Assembly: GCA_964473825.1 (NCBI GenBank)
Contig: CAYYQL010000001.1
Location: 192,001 to 256,000, forward strand
From: an uncultured archaeon
Lineage (GTDB): Archaea > Asgardarchaeota > Thorarchaeia > Thorarchaeales > Thorarchaeaceae
Direction: 5' to 3'
Length of the DNA: 64,000 bases
A model generated the notes under the pieces. The model did not search any database, was not told the origin of the DNA, and was given only the letters and a program-made list of their open reading frames with translations. How positions within the stretch are numbered: the stretch's first letter is position 1; each line of letters opens with the position of its first letter. The position numbers and the translations under genes are program-made. Shown here in pieces: positions 48,514 to 58,301 of the stretch.

Positions 48514-51231
48514 CTATCTGAACAACAGACCAACCAACCATGAAACATTGGTCTCGATGAGAGCGGAGACCAAGAGGAAGAACACCACAAGAGCAAATGT
48601 CCGCCAGAGGCGACCACTGCTCAGTAGTTCCTTTGTTTTCTGAGGAATCATGGCCCAGTTCTCGTTTTTGATTGTAGGTGCTAAGTCTCTACCTATCCGA
48701 ATCGAGGCTGCGGCCGCGAAAAGAAACGCAGGAATCTCTACAATTGCGTGGGGTAGTATCCTGGCAACGAAGTTAACTGGGTTGGCGAAGAGCATATGGA
48801 GTGTAAACTCCCCACCGAGCCAGAGTGCTGTTGATAGTACCTCCGCTATTGCCAGAGATATCAGACTGAACCGTATGTAGGTGATGAGAACATCCTCCGT
48901 TCTGGCCTCTTCTTTTCCGTAGAATATGCCCTTGTAAAGGGCAGCAAGAATCATCGGCATCACTATGATGGCAATCAACGTGAATTGGTCATCGTAGACG
49001 AAGTACTCGATTGCGATGAGCAGGAGAAGTGGTGGGAACCACCATGCACCCGTACCTCTCCCCATTGCATTCCTGATAATCAGGACTATCGAATAGACAA
49101 CAAAGATTGCCCCAAGTACAATTGCGGCGCGAAGACCAAGATGAGCAGCATAGGTGAATGGCCAATTAGCATCATTAACAGTATAGCTAGGCACAAAGAC
49201 TCTGGTCATGTAATCGTGGTAGGTCCAGACTACAGCAATGGCGGACCCCAGGACGGTCATGACGAGAGCACTGAGTGCCACGTTCTCCTCCGACTTCGGC
49301 TTTTCAACCGCAACCAGCCAAAGCACGAGTGCCCAGAAGATAGGACCAACTACAAGCATCAAGAGAGTTCGGATGATGTTGTGTTCCGCAAGAATCATGA
49401 AATAACTGACGTTGTCTGCAAGCACCAGCTCCAGCCCGTCCGGGTTCCCTATCTCATTAATCAGGCCAGTAATGAGGTCACCCAGCAGAAAAGGATTCAG
49501 GAAGAGTGAGGACAGAAAGGCTATTCCTGCCGCTGCTGCAACTCCTCCAAGGAACATTCCAACCGCTTGTTTTGCATCAGGGAGTTCGACATTGAGAAGT
49601 GGTCCTCCAATATCTCCGGTTTCCTTGCTCCATCGTTTCCTGTATTCAAAGTAGTATAGAACAAACAGTGAAACCGATATGTAGATAGGAACATTGACCA
49701 CAAACTGGAAGGCAAGACGGAAGAGATACTCCTGTGGAGATGTTCCGGGAATCACCAATACCGGACGGAATCTGGAGAAGGTGCTACTGCCTATTTGCAC
49801 TTCGTTTGTGAGACCACCAACAATGTAGTCGACTCCGGGCATCGCAAAGTACGTGCTTACGGAAACAACCAAACCCGAGATGAATGCAAAGGCCTCCATG
49901 CCTCCTCCAATGCGATCACGAACGTAGTGCCCTATGACTCCATTCAAAAGCATCATCCCCAGAGGAAGGCCGAACATCAGAAGAACCCAGAATCCTGGAA
50001 GCAAGGTCTGAGCATTATCGGCGGGCGTGAAGAGCAAGTCAGCAACAGAAGTATCGATGGTTCCGGGCAGTACCCTGAAACCCCGCCCCAACCAGAAAGC
50101 AGTATGCAGAGTCACACCCATAATTGCTCCAAGAAATGCGGCAGAAATCACACCTCCTGTTCCAAGAGCACCTGCAAAGTTGGCAAGAGCCTTCTTCCAA
50201 CCGATCCCTGCCACATTCTCTCGGAAGTCGTTCAAGCGATCGAATACCCTCTTATAGAGAACCACAGCGAATCTCTCTGCAAGAGGGAGGACTATGATGG
50301 CGAATAGAATAGCTGGGGCTGCTGAGAAGACTCCCTCTACATAGTAGGCTCCCAGATACTCAAGTGTGTCTGTCCGAATTGCCCTCCAAACGTCAGAGGC
50401 AAGAGAATAGAGAGTAAGCAGGATGTTGAGCCTGAAGAACCAGCCGAGTACACCCCGCATCATCTCTGAACCGATATCACGGTCTCCGAGCTTCAGACCT
50501 GCCCCCTTGGCAATTCTGTTAGAAGCAGGATACGCAAATCGATAGATCCACGTCAAGAAGATAAGTACTCCCAATATGTATGCATTTGGCGGAGTGTATG
50601 CTGGAGAACCCGTAACTCTAAGAACGTAGTCCCCGAGCGAGCCAACATACAGGGGGATGGATGGGAGGAGTGTAGCCAGACCAACTATCAAGTAATCCTT
50701 CCACGCCTCACTCCATGCGCGGGACTGAACCTCCGGGTCCAGTGGCTGGGGATCGACCCCCTCAAATGAGAGATGATCAAGCCTATCGCGGAATCCAGAA
50801 TATCCGTCGGTCTCCGGAGGACTCCCTGTGATACGCTTGATGATGTTCTTGAACTTCATCTTGAGCGGGTCTTGGAGCGCCATCTTGAGTGCTAACACAA
50901 GCATACCGAAGAAGACCGCTATGAATGACAGCATGACCCACGTCAGTATCTCCTGTAATGCATACGAGAACTGGAAGAGGAAATCTGTGAGCAATAGCCA
51001 GTAGAATGTATTTGAGGTCACCGCTGGGTCAAACCCTTGGTCGACCGATGGATACGGCGGATTGTACCAGATACCGTAGAGAAAGAATGTCACCGTCTTT
51101 ATGAACATCAGCGCGATGAATGCTTCCACGAATCTGTTTCTCTTCCCTCTGAATACCAGAAGATAGGTAAGCGCCACAACAAGCGGAGGGATAAATTCAA
51201 GCATGATAGTTACGGGGTTTAGAACTGACAT
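48514..51231 (-). CDS. Large polytopic membrane protein with C-terminal SpoIIM (DUF95) domain
   Basis: Roughly 20 hydrophobic segments; ILPHAIVEIPA ... SALIE matches the SpoIIM signature. Confidence 0.8.
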   Translation of the reverse strand: MSVLNPVTIMLEFIPPLVVALTYLLVFRGKRNRFVEAFIALMFIKTVTFFLYGIWYNPPYPSVDQGFDPAVTSNTFYWLLLTDFLFQFSYALQEILTWVMLSFIAVFFGMLVLALKMALQDPLKMKFKNIIKRITGSPPETDGYSGFRDRLDHLSFEGVDPQPLDPEVQSRAWSEAWKDYLIVGLATLLPSIPLYVGSLGDYVLRVTGSPAYTPPNAYILGVLIFLTWIYRFAYPASNRIAKGAGLKLGDRDIGSEMMRGVLGWFFRLNILLTLYSLASDVWRAIRTDTLEYLGAYYVEGVFSAAPAILFAIIVLPLAERFAVVLYKRVFDRLNDFRENVAGIGWKKALANFAGALGTGGVISAAFLGAIMGVTLHTAFWLGRGFRVLPGTIDTSVADLLFTPADNAQTLLPGFWVLLMFGLPLGMMLLNGVIGHYVRDRIGGGMEAFAFISGLVVSVSTYFAMPGVDYIVGGLTNEVQIGSSTFSRFRPVLVIPGTSPQEYLFRLAFQFVVNVPIYISVSLFVLYYFEYRKRWSKETGDIGGPLLNVELPDAKQAVGMFLGGVAAAAGIAFLSSLFLNPFLLGDLITGLINEIGNPDGLELVLADNVSYFMILAEHNIIRTLLMLVVGPIFWALVLWLVAVEKPKSEENVALSALVMTVLGSAIAVVWTYHDYMTRVFVPSYTVNDANWPFTYAAHLGLRAAIVLGAIFVVYSIVLIIRNAMGRGTGAWWFPPLLLLIAIEYFVYDDQFTLIAIIVMPMILAALYKGIFYGKEEARTEDVLITYIRFSLISLAIAEVLSTALWLGGEFTLHMLFANPVNFVARILPHAIVEIPAFLFAAAASIRIGRDLAPTIKNENWAMIPQKTKELLSSGRLWRTFALVVFFLLVSALIETNVSWLVGLLFR

Positions 51232-51391
51232 GGGCTGGCACGTCCTACTTTCTTACGGTTAAGCCGTTTCGTGGGTAAAAAAGGTTCGTTGGACAGACCG
51301 AGAAGCCAAAAATCGGCGTGCGACCGAAAGCTATAATAAACAATAGTTAAAGACTCAAGCCTACGAGATAAAAGACTTAGAGGACAAAACA

Positions 51392-51886
51392 ATGGAGATT
51401 AGCAAGAACATACAAGATGCGATAAATGATCAGATCAACTTCGAGCTATACAGTGGGTACATCTACCTGTCAATGGCGACCTGGCTGGAAGAACAGAATC
51501 TAGCAGGGATGGCCAAATGGATGGCGATGCAAGCTGAAGAAGAATACGAGCATGCAATGAGGTTCTACAAGTTTGTGTTTGATAGAGGCGGAAGGGTGAC
51601 AATGAAACCCATTGAAGGGCCACAGACCGAATGGGAGTCCCCTCTTGCGGCATTCGAAGACGCCTACGAACACGAGAAGAAGGTTTCAAAACTGATCTAC
51701 GACATCGGCGAGATGGCTGAGAAAGAGGGTGACAAGGCAACCCAGTCCTTCCTAAAATGGTTCTATGATGAGCAAGTAGAGGAAGAAGAGCAGACAGCAA
51801 GAATCAGGGACCTGCTCAAGAAGATTGGTGACTCTGTACCTGCGCTGTTCCAGCTCGATGCAAAGCTTGGTGCTCGCGAGGACTGA
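51392..51886 (+). CDS. ftnA: Non-heme ferritin
   Basis: QINFELYS.YIYLSM, EEEYEHA, HEKKV, FLKWF..EQVEEE. Confidence 0.97.
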   Translation: MEISKNIQDAINDQINFELYSGYIYLSMATWLEEQNLAGMAKWMAMQAEEEYEHAMRFYKFVFDRGGRVTMKPIEGPQTEWESPLAAFEDAYEHEKKVSKLIYDIGEMAEKEGDKATQSFLKWFYDEQVEEEEQTARIRDLLKKIGDSVPALFQLDAKLGARED

Positions 51887-51913
51887 AAGACAATCCAAGA
51901 TACGTACCAAGAA

Positions 51914-51961
51914 GGGGCCGACTGCCAGATTCTGGTCTGATCGGTCCTCATTACTCTTTTT
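51914..51961 (+). terminator. Hairpin + U-tract after ferritin
   Basis: GGGGCCGA...TCGGTCCT stem (with G-U pairs), inner CCAG/CTGG, then CTCTTTTT. Confidence 0.5.
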
Positions 51962-52022
51962 CACACTAGTAGAATACTACTTTAATAGCTGTAATTCCGT
52001 TGCAACTTGGTGGTCGGACTCG

Positions 52023-54014
52023 ATGATACTCGATGAGATACGAAAACCCGCATTGGAATTGGTATCCGGACGGAAAGCTACAGACTTTGTAGCCCGCATT
52101 TCACAGTTTCACAGGATTCAAGGTAGTCCAGGAATTCATGATGCAATACAGGCGGTTCGTGATCTGGCCGCGGAATACCCAGATGTCCAGACAGAGATCT
52201 TCTCTTATGACATCAAAGGGAAGGGATCAATCGAAACTTGGGATGATCTCTACGCGTGGTCGGCCAAATCAGCCAGTCTGGAATTACTCAGCCCTGAGCA
52301 ACGAATTCTCGCGGACTATGATTCTGAGCCTATCTCCCTTGTCGCTCACTCGCAGAAGGGAGAATATGAAGGAGAGGTTGTGTATGTGGGTAAGGGACTT
52401 GTTCCTGATGACTATAAAGATAGAGAAGTGAAGGGGAAACTGGTTCTTACGGAGTCCAAGGCCTCCCGGATACATCGCATGGCCGTCCTTGAACAGGGTG
52501 CTGCTGGAGTCCTGACCTTCACACCGCCAAGTGGCAATGATGAGATTGCACAGTTGCGGCGGTATGAGGGTTTCTGGCCTGAACCCGATAAGGGAGAACA
52601 GACAGGTATCGGTTTCTCACTCAAACACGCAGACGGAGTCAAGATGAAGGAGTGGCTCCAGAACGGGAAGAAAGTGAAAGTACGAGCCAGTGTCGATGCA
52701 GAACTTGGAGCGGGAAAAGCCGAGGTGCTATCAGCTCTCATTGAAGGCACCGATCCGTCCAAGGAGTACTGGTTTATCGCCCATATTTGCCACCCCCATC
52801 CGGGCGCTAACGACAACGCATCTGGAGCAGGAGCCATCCTTGAGACTCTCCGGGTGATATCTCGACTCATCGGAGAAGGGACCATCAAAAAGCCAAAACA
52901 CTCCCTTAGATTCCTGTGGGTTCCAGAATGGCATGGAACGATACAGTTCATAGACTCAGAAAAGGAGCTCTTGACAAGATGCAAGGGCGTTGTAAACGTT
53001 GACATGGTCGGCGCGGATCCCTCTAAGTCAGGCGCCACCACGCATCTCTTCAGAACACCGTATTCTGTCCCCTCCACACTGAACAATGTCGTCAAGCATT
53101 ATCTCTCGGAGCTGGCAGGCAACGAACGGAAGGATTCAGATGGAGGTACTCGATGCCCCCTAGCTTGGAAGTATGACAAGTACACAGCCGGCAGCGACCA
53201 CTTCATGTTCACTGACTCAACTCTTGGCATTCCAGCCGTAATGCTGAACCAGTGGCCAGACAGGTTCTACCACACCTCAGAAGACACACCGGACAAGATA
53301 TGTGAACGCCAGATGAGATATGTGTCAAGTGTGCTGGTCTTGACAGGTCTTAGTCTTGCAATGCCGAGCTATGTTATCAAGGAGGAAGTTCTTGCCTCCT
53401 GTAGAAACGAAACAATAGATATAGTTCAGAGAGTCGGATTCCGAGGAGTTCGCGAGCTATCAAGATGTGTAGACGACCCCGAGAAGCTCTATCCGAGGTA
53501 CATGAGATGGCTCGAGTATGCATTTGAACTCGGCCGCAGAACTCTGGAAAAGGCAGCCGAAGAATGGCCCCTCATCTCGGAGCAGAAGGCGCTATTGCAA
53601 TCATTGAAGGCAAGTCTTGAGATGTCGTACACTACCGAGATGATGGTGCTCAGGAAGGCATACGAGGGTGCATGCGCAGAGGTGGGCCTAGAGGCAAAGG
53701 ATGAGGACCAGCTCAAACTCGATCCCAGCGCATTTGATATCGAGGTCAAGAGGAATCTCAAGTATGCGCTGTCACCAACTTACATCATCAAAGAAAAGCC
53801 TGAGAAGCTGGCAGAATATGCCCCTCTCTTGGAAGAAGACCCCCGAATCATGAACAGGGTTGATGAGATGTTGAATCTATCAGAAGATTGGACTCCCCTT
53901 TCCGACATCTATGACAGGCTATGCTTCCAATTTGGCTCGTTCAACCCAGAGACTCTCTCAATGCTTGTAAGAGACCTTGAAGATGCTGGTATTCTAGAAA
54001 CTCGGGAGATGTAG
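52023..54014 (+). CDS. M28 family metallopeptidase with PA domain (DUF4910-like)
   Basis: AHICHP..GANDNASG, WVPE, N.DMVG, GSDH, YHTSEDTPD; start at MILDE. Confidence 0.88.
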   Translation: MILDEIRKPALELVSGRKATDFVARISQFHRIQGSPGIHDAIQAVRDLAAEYPDVQTEIFSYDIKGKGSIETWDDLYAWSAKSASLELLSPEQRILADYDSEPISLVAHSQKGEYEGEVVYVGKGLVPDDYKDREVKGKLVLTESKASRIHRMAVLEQGAAGVLTFTPPSGNDEIAQLRRYEGFWPEPDKGEQTGIGFSLKHADGVKMKEWLQNGKKVKVRASVDAELGAGKAEVLSALIEGTDPSKEYWFIAHICHPHPGANDNASGAGAILETLRVISRLIGEGTIKKPKHSLRFLWVPEWHGTIQFIDSEKELLTRCKGVVNVDMVGADPSKSGATTHLFRTPYSVPSTLNNVVKHYLSELAGNERKDSDGGTRCPLAWKYDKYTAGSDHFMFTDSTLGIPAVMLNQWPDRFYHTSEDTPDKICERQMRYVSSVLVLTGLSLAMPSYVIKEEVLASCRNETIDIVQRVGFRGVRELSRCVDDPEKLYPRYMRWLEYAFELGRRTLEKAAEEWPLISEQKALLQSLKASLEMSYTTEMMVLRKAYEGACAEVGLEAKDEDQLKLDPSAFDIEVKRNLKYALSPTYIIKEKPEKLAEYAPLLEEDPRIMNRVDEMLNLSEDWTPLSDIYDRLCFQFGSFNPETLSMLVRDLEDAGILETREM

Positions 54015-54017
54015 AGC

Positions 54018-54506
54018 TTGGCCGACAGATGGTGGCCATACGACAAGGTTGTCTTTGCCGGAACCTTTGATCATCTCCATGAGGGACACAAGCACCTGCT
54101 GAGGACAGCATTGAGTCTCGGCCAACATGTCGCAGTAGGTCTCACAACCCAGAAGCTCCTTCAGGAGAAAGACATGAACGACAAGATGGAGAGTTATCAG
54201 GAGAGAGAAGAGGCTCTGTGGGAATTTCTGGAGTCGGAAGAACAGGCGGGGCGATGCACAATCTTTCCTATTAACACTGTAGAGGGCGGAGCAGACGAGA
54301 TGGAGGACTTGGATGCTCTGATAGTTTCTGATGAGATCCGTGTGGTCAAGAATGCATTCAGAATCAATGACCTCAGGGCTGAGAATAATCTGAAAAGGTT
54401 CCATATCATCGTGGTACCAAGAGTACGTACAAAGGACGGAAGACCTCTCTCTTCATCAAGACGACGCAAGGGAGAGAAGTTCGATGGTGTTCAACTGATC
54501 TACTAG
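54018..54506 (+). CDS. coaD: Phosphopantetheine adenylyltransferase (archaeal/eukaryotic type)
   Basis: GTFDHLHEGH, VGLT, ALIVS.E, IN..R..N.L, LSSS. Confidence 0.92.
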   Translation: MADRWWPYDKVVFAGTFDHLHEGHKHLLRTALSLGQHVAVGLTTQKLLQEKDMNDKMESYQEREEALWEFLESEEQAGRCTIFPINTVEGGADEMEDLDALIVSDEIRVVKNAFRINDLRAENNLKRFHIIVVPRVRTKDGRPLSSSRRRKGEKFDGVQLIY

Positions 54507-54540
54507 TAGTAGGTATCCACGTGTCATAAATTGACATACG

Positions 54541-55806
54541 TCAGAGCGGTTCAAAGAACCGGGCGTCGGTATAGGCATTTTGAAAGAAAGCATCGCTCTC
54601 GAAGTCCACATATTGGAGTTGTCTGCGAATCCTCTCAAGATCTTGTAAGGAATCGGGAGAAAGGAGAAGACGGTCTGCACCCCTTATCGCAGCAGACTCG
54701 GCGCGCTCGAATACTGCATTGTGTAGTTTCGGAAAGAGCCCTATCTCAACCGAATCATCGATGTTAAGATTCATACCAAAGGCCCCGGATATATGCACGC
54801 CGCAGACTTCATCCGTGTCAAGTCCACTGTGCGCCAAGAGTGACATAACTGATGCTCCGATGGCCGCTTTTGACTCTTGAAGCATCCTGACATCATGTTG
54901 GCTTATGTAAACTGGTCGTCCAGTTCCGGAGTCCACTGCCTGAGATAGGACGTAGGATCTGGAATGCCCAAATTCTGTCAACCAGAGTGAATCGGTAGAT
55001 CTGTCAAGTGAACCAGTTCTATCCATGAGTCCTTTACGTCTTAGCTCCGCGAGCACTGACACAGCCCCTGTGCCACAGATACCGATGGGCCTCTCGCCAG
55101 CAAGCGTTTCGTTTTGAGGACGGAGTGTCTGAGAGTCTATGGAAGTCACGACTATGCTGCCGGGAACAGCCTCAACACCACAGTCCAGACTCATTCCTTC
55201 AAATGCTGGCCCAGATGCTGCAGAGCCAATGCATCCCTTTCCATCTTTGAAAACAGATACTTCAGTATTTGTTCCGACATCAATGAAGAGGTCAGATTCC
55301 AAATGTTCCAACACCTTGAATCCTAGCAACATGCACAATGCATCAGAGCCAACAAAGGATTGGAGAGGAGCTGGTGTATAGTAGACTCCACTAGATCCCT
55401 CCCAGATGTTGAGATCTGAAATCTCACCTCGTTCTGGCTCATGCACCTGCGACTCATAGGGTGGGTCAAGAAGTGAGTCAACGGCATGGTCGAAGAAGAG
55501 ATGATGCATGACAGTATTTCCAACCAGCACGGCGCGTTCGATTGCAGAAGTGTCTGAACCAAGCCGATAGAGGAGTTGAAGCACTGTATCGCCAACAGCA
55601 CTCCGAATCATCTCTCGAGTCTCTCTTCTATGGGCATCGGATTTAGTACTGTATCGCGCCCGCGTCATGATGTCTAAACCAATCTGGTTCTGCGGGTTTG
55701 GGAGAGATGCATCTGCCACAAGAGCAGTATGCTCCAAGTCCAGAAGATGTATTCGTATCGTGGAAGTGCCAAGGTCAACCGAGAGTCCTAGTTTCGACGG
55801 TCCCAA
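54541..55806 (-). CDS. ASKHA-domain corrinoid reductive activator-like protein (RACo/RamA, DUF4445), no Fe-S domain
   Basis: DLGTST, NPQ..G.DI, GNTVMHH, DVGTNTE, GPAFEG, GICGTG, Q.DVR.LQ..KAAI, GAFG. Confidence 0.88.
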   Translation of the reverse strand: MGPSKLGLSVDLGTSTIRIHLLDLEHTALVADASLPNPQNQIGLDIMTRARYSTKSDAHRRETREMIRSAVGDTVLQLLYRLGSDTSAIERAVLVGNTVMHHLFFDHAVDSLLDPPYESQVHEPERGEISDLNIWEGSSGVYYTPAPLQSFVGSDALCMLLGFKVLEHLESDLFIDVGTNTEVSVFKDGKGCIGSAASGPAFEGMSLDCGVEAVPGSIVVTSIDSQTLRPQNETLAGERPIGICGTGAVSVLAELRRKGLMDRTGSLDRSTDSLWLTEFGHSRSYVLSQAVDSGTGRPVYISQHDVRMLQESKAAIGASVMSLLAHSGLDTDEVCGVHISGAFGMNLNIDDSVEIGLFPKLHNAVFERAESAAIRGADRLLLSPDSLQDLERIRRQLQYVDFESDAFFQNAYTDARFFEPL

Positions 55807-55853
55807 AGATGATACATCCGTTTACCGGGTAACATGAAGATGAATCGTAGAGG

Positions 55854-56303
55854 CTATCGGACAATGAGGACTGGACATGTAGCGTCCTTGGTGACCTTAT
55901 CACTGACAGAGCCAACAAAGAGCCTCTTGATTCCACTGACCCCACGAGACCCCATTATGATCATATCCACATCCCGTTCTTCAGCTATCTCAATAATCCT
56001 ACCAGCAGGGTCTCCATGCGAGATCAGATCCGTTACCTCACACCCGTGCTCCTCAGCTAGTCTCTTGGATTTCTTCAGTATGTCCTCACCCACCTTCTGA
56101 AGAGCAAGGAACGGCTGATCGGAGACTGTATCTTGATAGGGGGTCGCACTCACCAGCATGGGAACCACGTACAACAGAAGAACGTCGGCCCCCAGAGGAG
56201 GCCCTATGGCAGAACCATATAGGACGGCCTTGTCTGAGTGTTCGGAACCATCTACCGCTATAAGGATCGTCTTGATTTCAACCGGTTCTAAATCGCTGGT
56301 CAT
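55854..56303 (-). CDS. Universal stress protein (UspA family)
   Basis: ILIAVDGSEHS, GDPA..I, MGSRG......GSVSDKV...A.CPVLIVR. Confidence 0.96.
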   Translation of the reverse strand: MTSDLEPVEIKTILIAVDGSEHSDKAVLYGSAIGPPLGADVLLLYVVPMLVSATPYQDTVSDQPFLALQKVGEDILKKSKRLAEEHGCEVTDLISHGDPAGRIIEIAEERDVDMIIMGSRGVSGIKRLFVGSVSDKVTKDATCPVLIVR

Positions 56304-56436
56304 CTATTACCGTCTCTCATAAGCCAGATAGATGATAGCCTATATCTCTCTTTCTCCAGACAGGTATCTCTAGACCATAGATGCGTTTAATACCAAAGGT
56401 GAACAAATCAGACAGCTAATGAGGACTTGATGCACA

Positions 56437-56670
56437 TTGAGAATCGGTGGCACCCAATACTCGCTAGAGAAAAAATCACATGCTCTCAAATTAAAGAAAG
56501 CTGGTAAGGTCGTAGAGGATTTCAATTACAAGGACCGGATCATCTCTGAAGTAACCGATGACGTCTGGAGTTCTCTGAAACGCAAAGGCGTCACTGTGAA
56601 CAAGGACGCGTTGAAGGAAACAATCCAGAGCTTGTTTCCTGGCGTGCGCCGACACGGGCCACTGAAATGA
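56437..56670 (+). CDS. Small Lys-rich hypothetical protein
   Basis: 77-aa ORF filling the gap between usp and glyS; TATA-like TTTAATA at ~56386; TTG start. Confidence 0.65.
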   Translation: MRIGGTQYSLEKKSHALKLKKAGKVVEDFNYKDRIISEVTDDVWSSLKRKGVTVNKDALKETIQSLFPGVRRHGPLK

Positions 56671-56677
56671 ACGAGAG

Positions 56678-58186
56678 TCACTGAAGCGATTCGAACTCGA
56701 CTCGGCCTCGAACCAAGTTCCTCAGTGTCATTACGAGGTTCTCACGCCTGACTCTAACCTGCTCCATGGAGTCTCGCTCTCTTATGGTGACAGTTGTATC
56801 CTCCAGTGTATCGTAATCAACTGTGACACAGAATGGAGTTCCGATTTCATCTTGACGACGGTATCTTCGTCCTATGGAACCGCCTTTATCAAAATAGACA
56901 ATCAGACCACTGTCATTGATTTCTTCGTATATCTCGAGGGCAGGCTCCATGAGCTCGTCCTTTCCCATGAGAGGGAAGACAGCGACCTGAATGGGCGCGA
57001 CCTCAGGGGCAAACTTCAACCAGACCCGCTCTTCATCCTCCGCATAGGCATTGTCAATTAGTGCATAGAGAGGTCGTTCTACCCCGAATGCAATCTCTAG
57101 TACATTGGGAACAACGGGCTTCTTGTTCACCTTGACTGAAAGATTCTCACCTGAGTACTCCTGATGGCGCTTTAGGTCATAATCACCACGATCATGAACT
57201 CCACAACACTCAACCCAGCCGAAGCTTCGCGTCAGGATCTCGACATCCCATGCGTCGATGGCATAATGAGCTTTCTCGTTCTCAAGATGCTGACGTAGTC
57301 TTATTGCGTTCTTGGGAAATCCCATCCCTGAGAATATCAGATAAGCAAGATGCACACACCATGCATAGGCTTGACTGTGGAAGTATCCTTTCTTGAGGGC
57401 ATCGCCCACTGATATCCACATAACATCCTTATGGTCCGTCTTCTGAATCTCTGCAGGGAGAAGAGGAATCTCTTCATTCTTGACCAACTCAAAGCTAGGC
57501 CATTCTTTCGCGTCCGATTCAACGAGGAATATCTGTCCTTCAACCTGAGTAAACTCTCGCAATCGTAACATGCCCTGTCTGGGCGATATCTCATTACGAT
57601 AGGCCTTGCCAATCTGAAACACGGATCCTGGAAGCTTCTGTCTAAAGAACGTCAGGAGCCTCTTGAACAAGAGATAGGTGGAAGTAGCAGTCTCGGGTCT
57701 CATATATGCCTCCTGATCCAGACCGAGCTCAGTCTTCAGCATGAGATTGTATTCCTGAACAGGGCCCAGCTCGCCCTTGCAGGAAGGGCATACAATCTCT
57801 AACTGCTCTATCTTCTCTGTGAGCTCGTCAATGTTCAGCCCTGCTACCTTCTCTTCAGGGTTGAACTCCTCAATCAGATTGTCTGCACGATAGGTCTGAC
57901 CGCATTTCTTACATTCAGTAATAGGATCAATGAATCCTTCAATGTGACCTGATGCCTCCCAGACAACCCTGGGAGAAACTGTGGGGCATTCCACTTCCCA
58001 GAAGTCCGATTTGACGAAGGCAGTGCGAATGACGGCCTCGAGTCGATTCTTGAGAAGCTTTCCTAGAGGACCCAAGTCATAGAAACCAGCGCTTCCCCCA
58101 TAGATCTCAGGGGAGGGTCCCCAGAAGAAACCTCTCTTCTTGCTCAGGCCATATATTGTCTCGGCAAAGTCTGCTTCTGAAGTCAT
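56678..58186 (-). CDS. glyS: Glycine--tRNA ligase (alpha2, archaeal/eukaryotic type)
   Basis: EIYGG..GFYD.GPLG, RPETA, QIGKAYRNEISPR, REFTQ.E, GSIGRRYRRQDEIGTPFC. Confidence 0.98.
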   Translation of the reverse strand: MTSEADFAETIYGLSKKRGFFWGPSPEIYGGSAGFYDLGPLGKLLKNRLEAVIRTAFVKSDFWEVECPTVSPRVVWEASGHIEGFIDPITECKKCGQTYRADNLIEEFNPEEKVAGLNIDELTEKIEQLEIVCPSCKGELGPVQEYNLMLKTELGLDQEAYMRPETATSTYLLFKRLLTFFRQKLPGSVFQIGKAYRNEISPRQGMLRLREFTQVEGQIFLVESDAKEWPSFELVKNEEIPLLPAEIQKTDHKDVMWISVGDALKKGYFHSQAYAWCVHLAYLIFSGMGFPKNAIRLRQHLENEKAHYAIDAWDVEILTRSFGWVECCGVHDRGDYDLKRHQEYSGENLSVKVNKKPVVPNVLEIAFGVERPLYALIDNAYAEDEERVWLKFAPEVAPIQVAVFPLMGKDELMEPALEIYEEINDSGLIVYFDKGGSIGRRYRRQDEIGTPFCVTVDYDTLEDTTVTIRERDSMEQVRVRRENLVMTLRNLVRGRVEFESLQ

Positions 58187-58301
58187 ATCACAATACCAAA
58201 CGCAGGTCTGCGGGGCTATTTCTTAAACCTATGGTCTTGACACCTGAGCGGACACAGGTCTTATTAGGCAACTGCCGAAGAACCTTCTTGCGGGATGGAA
58301 T

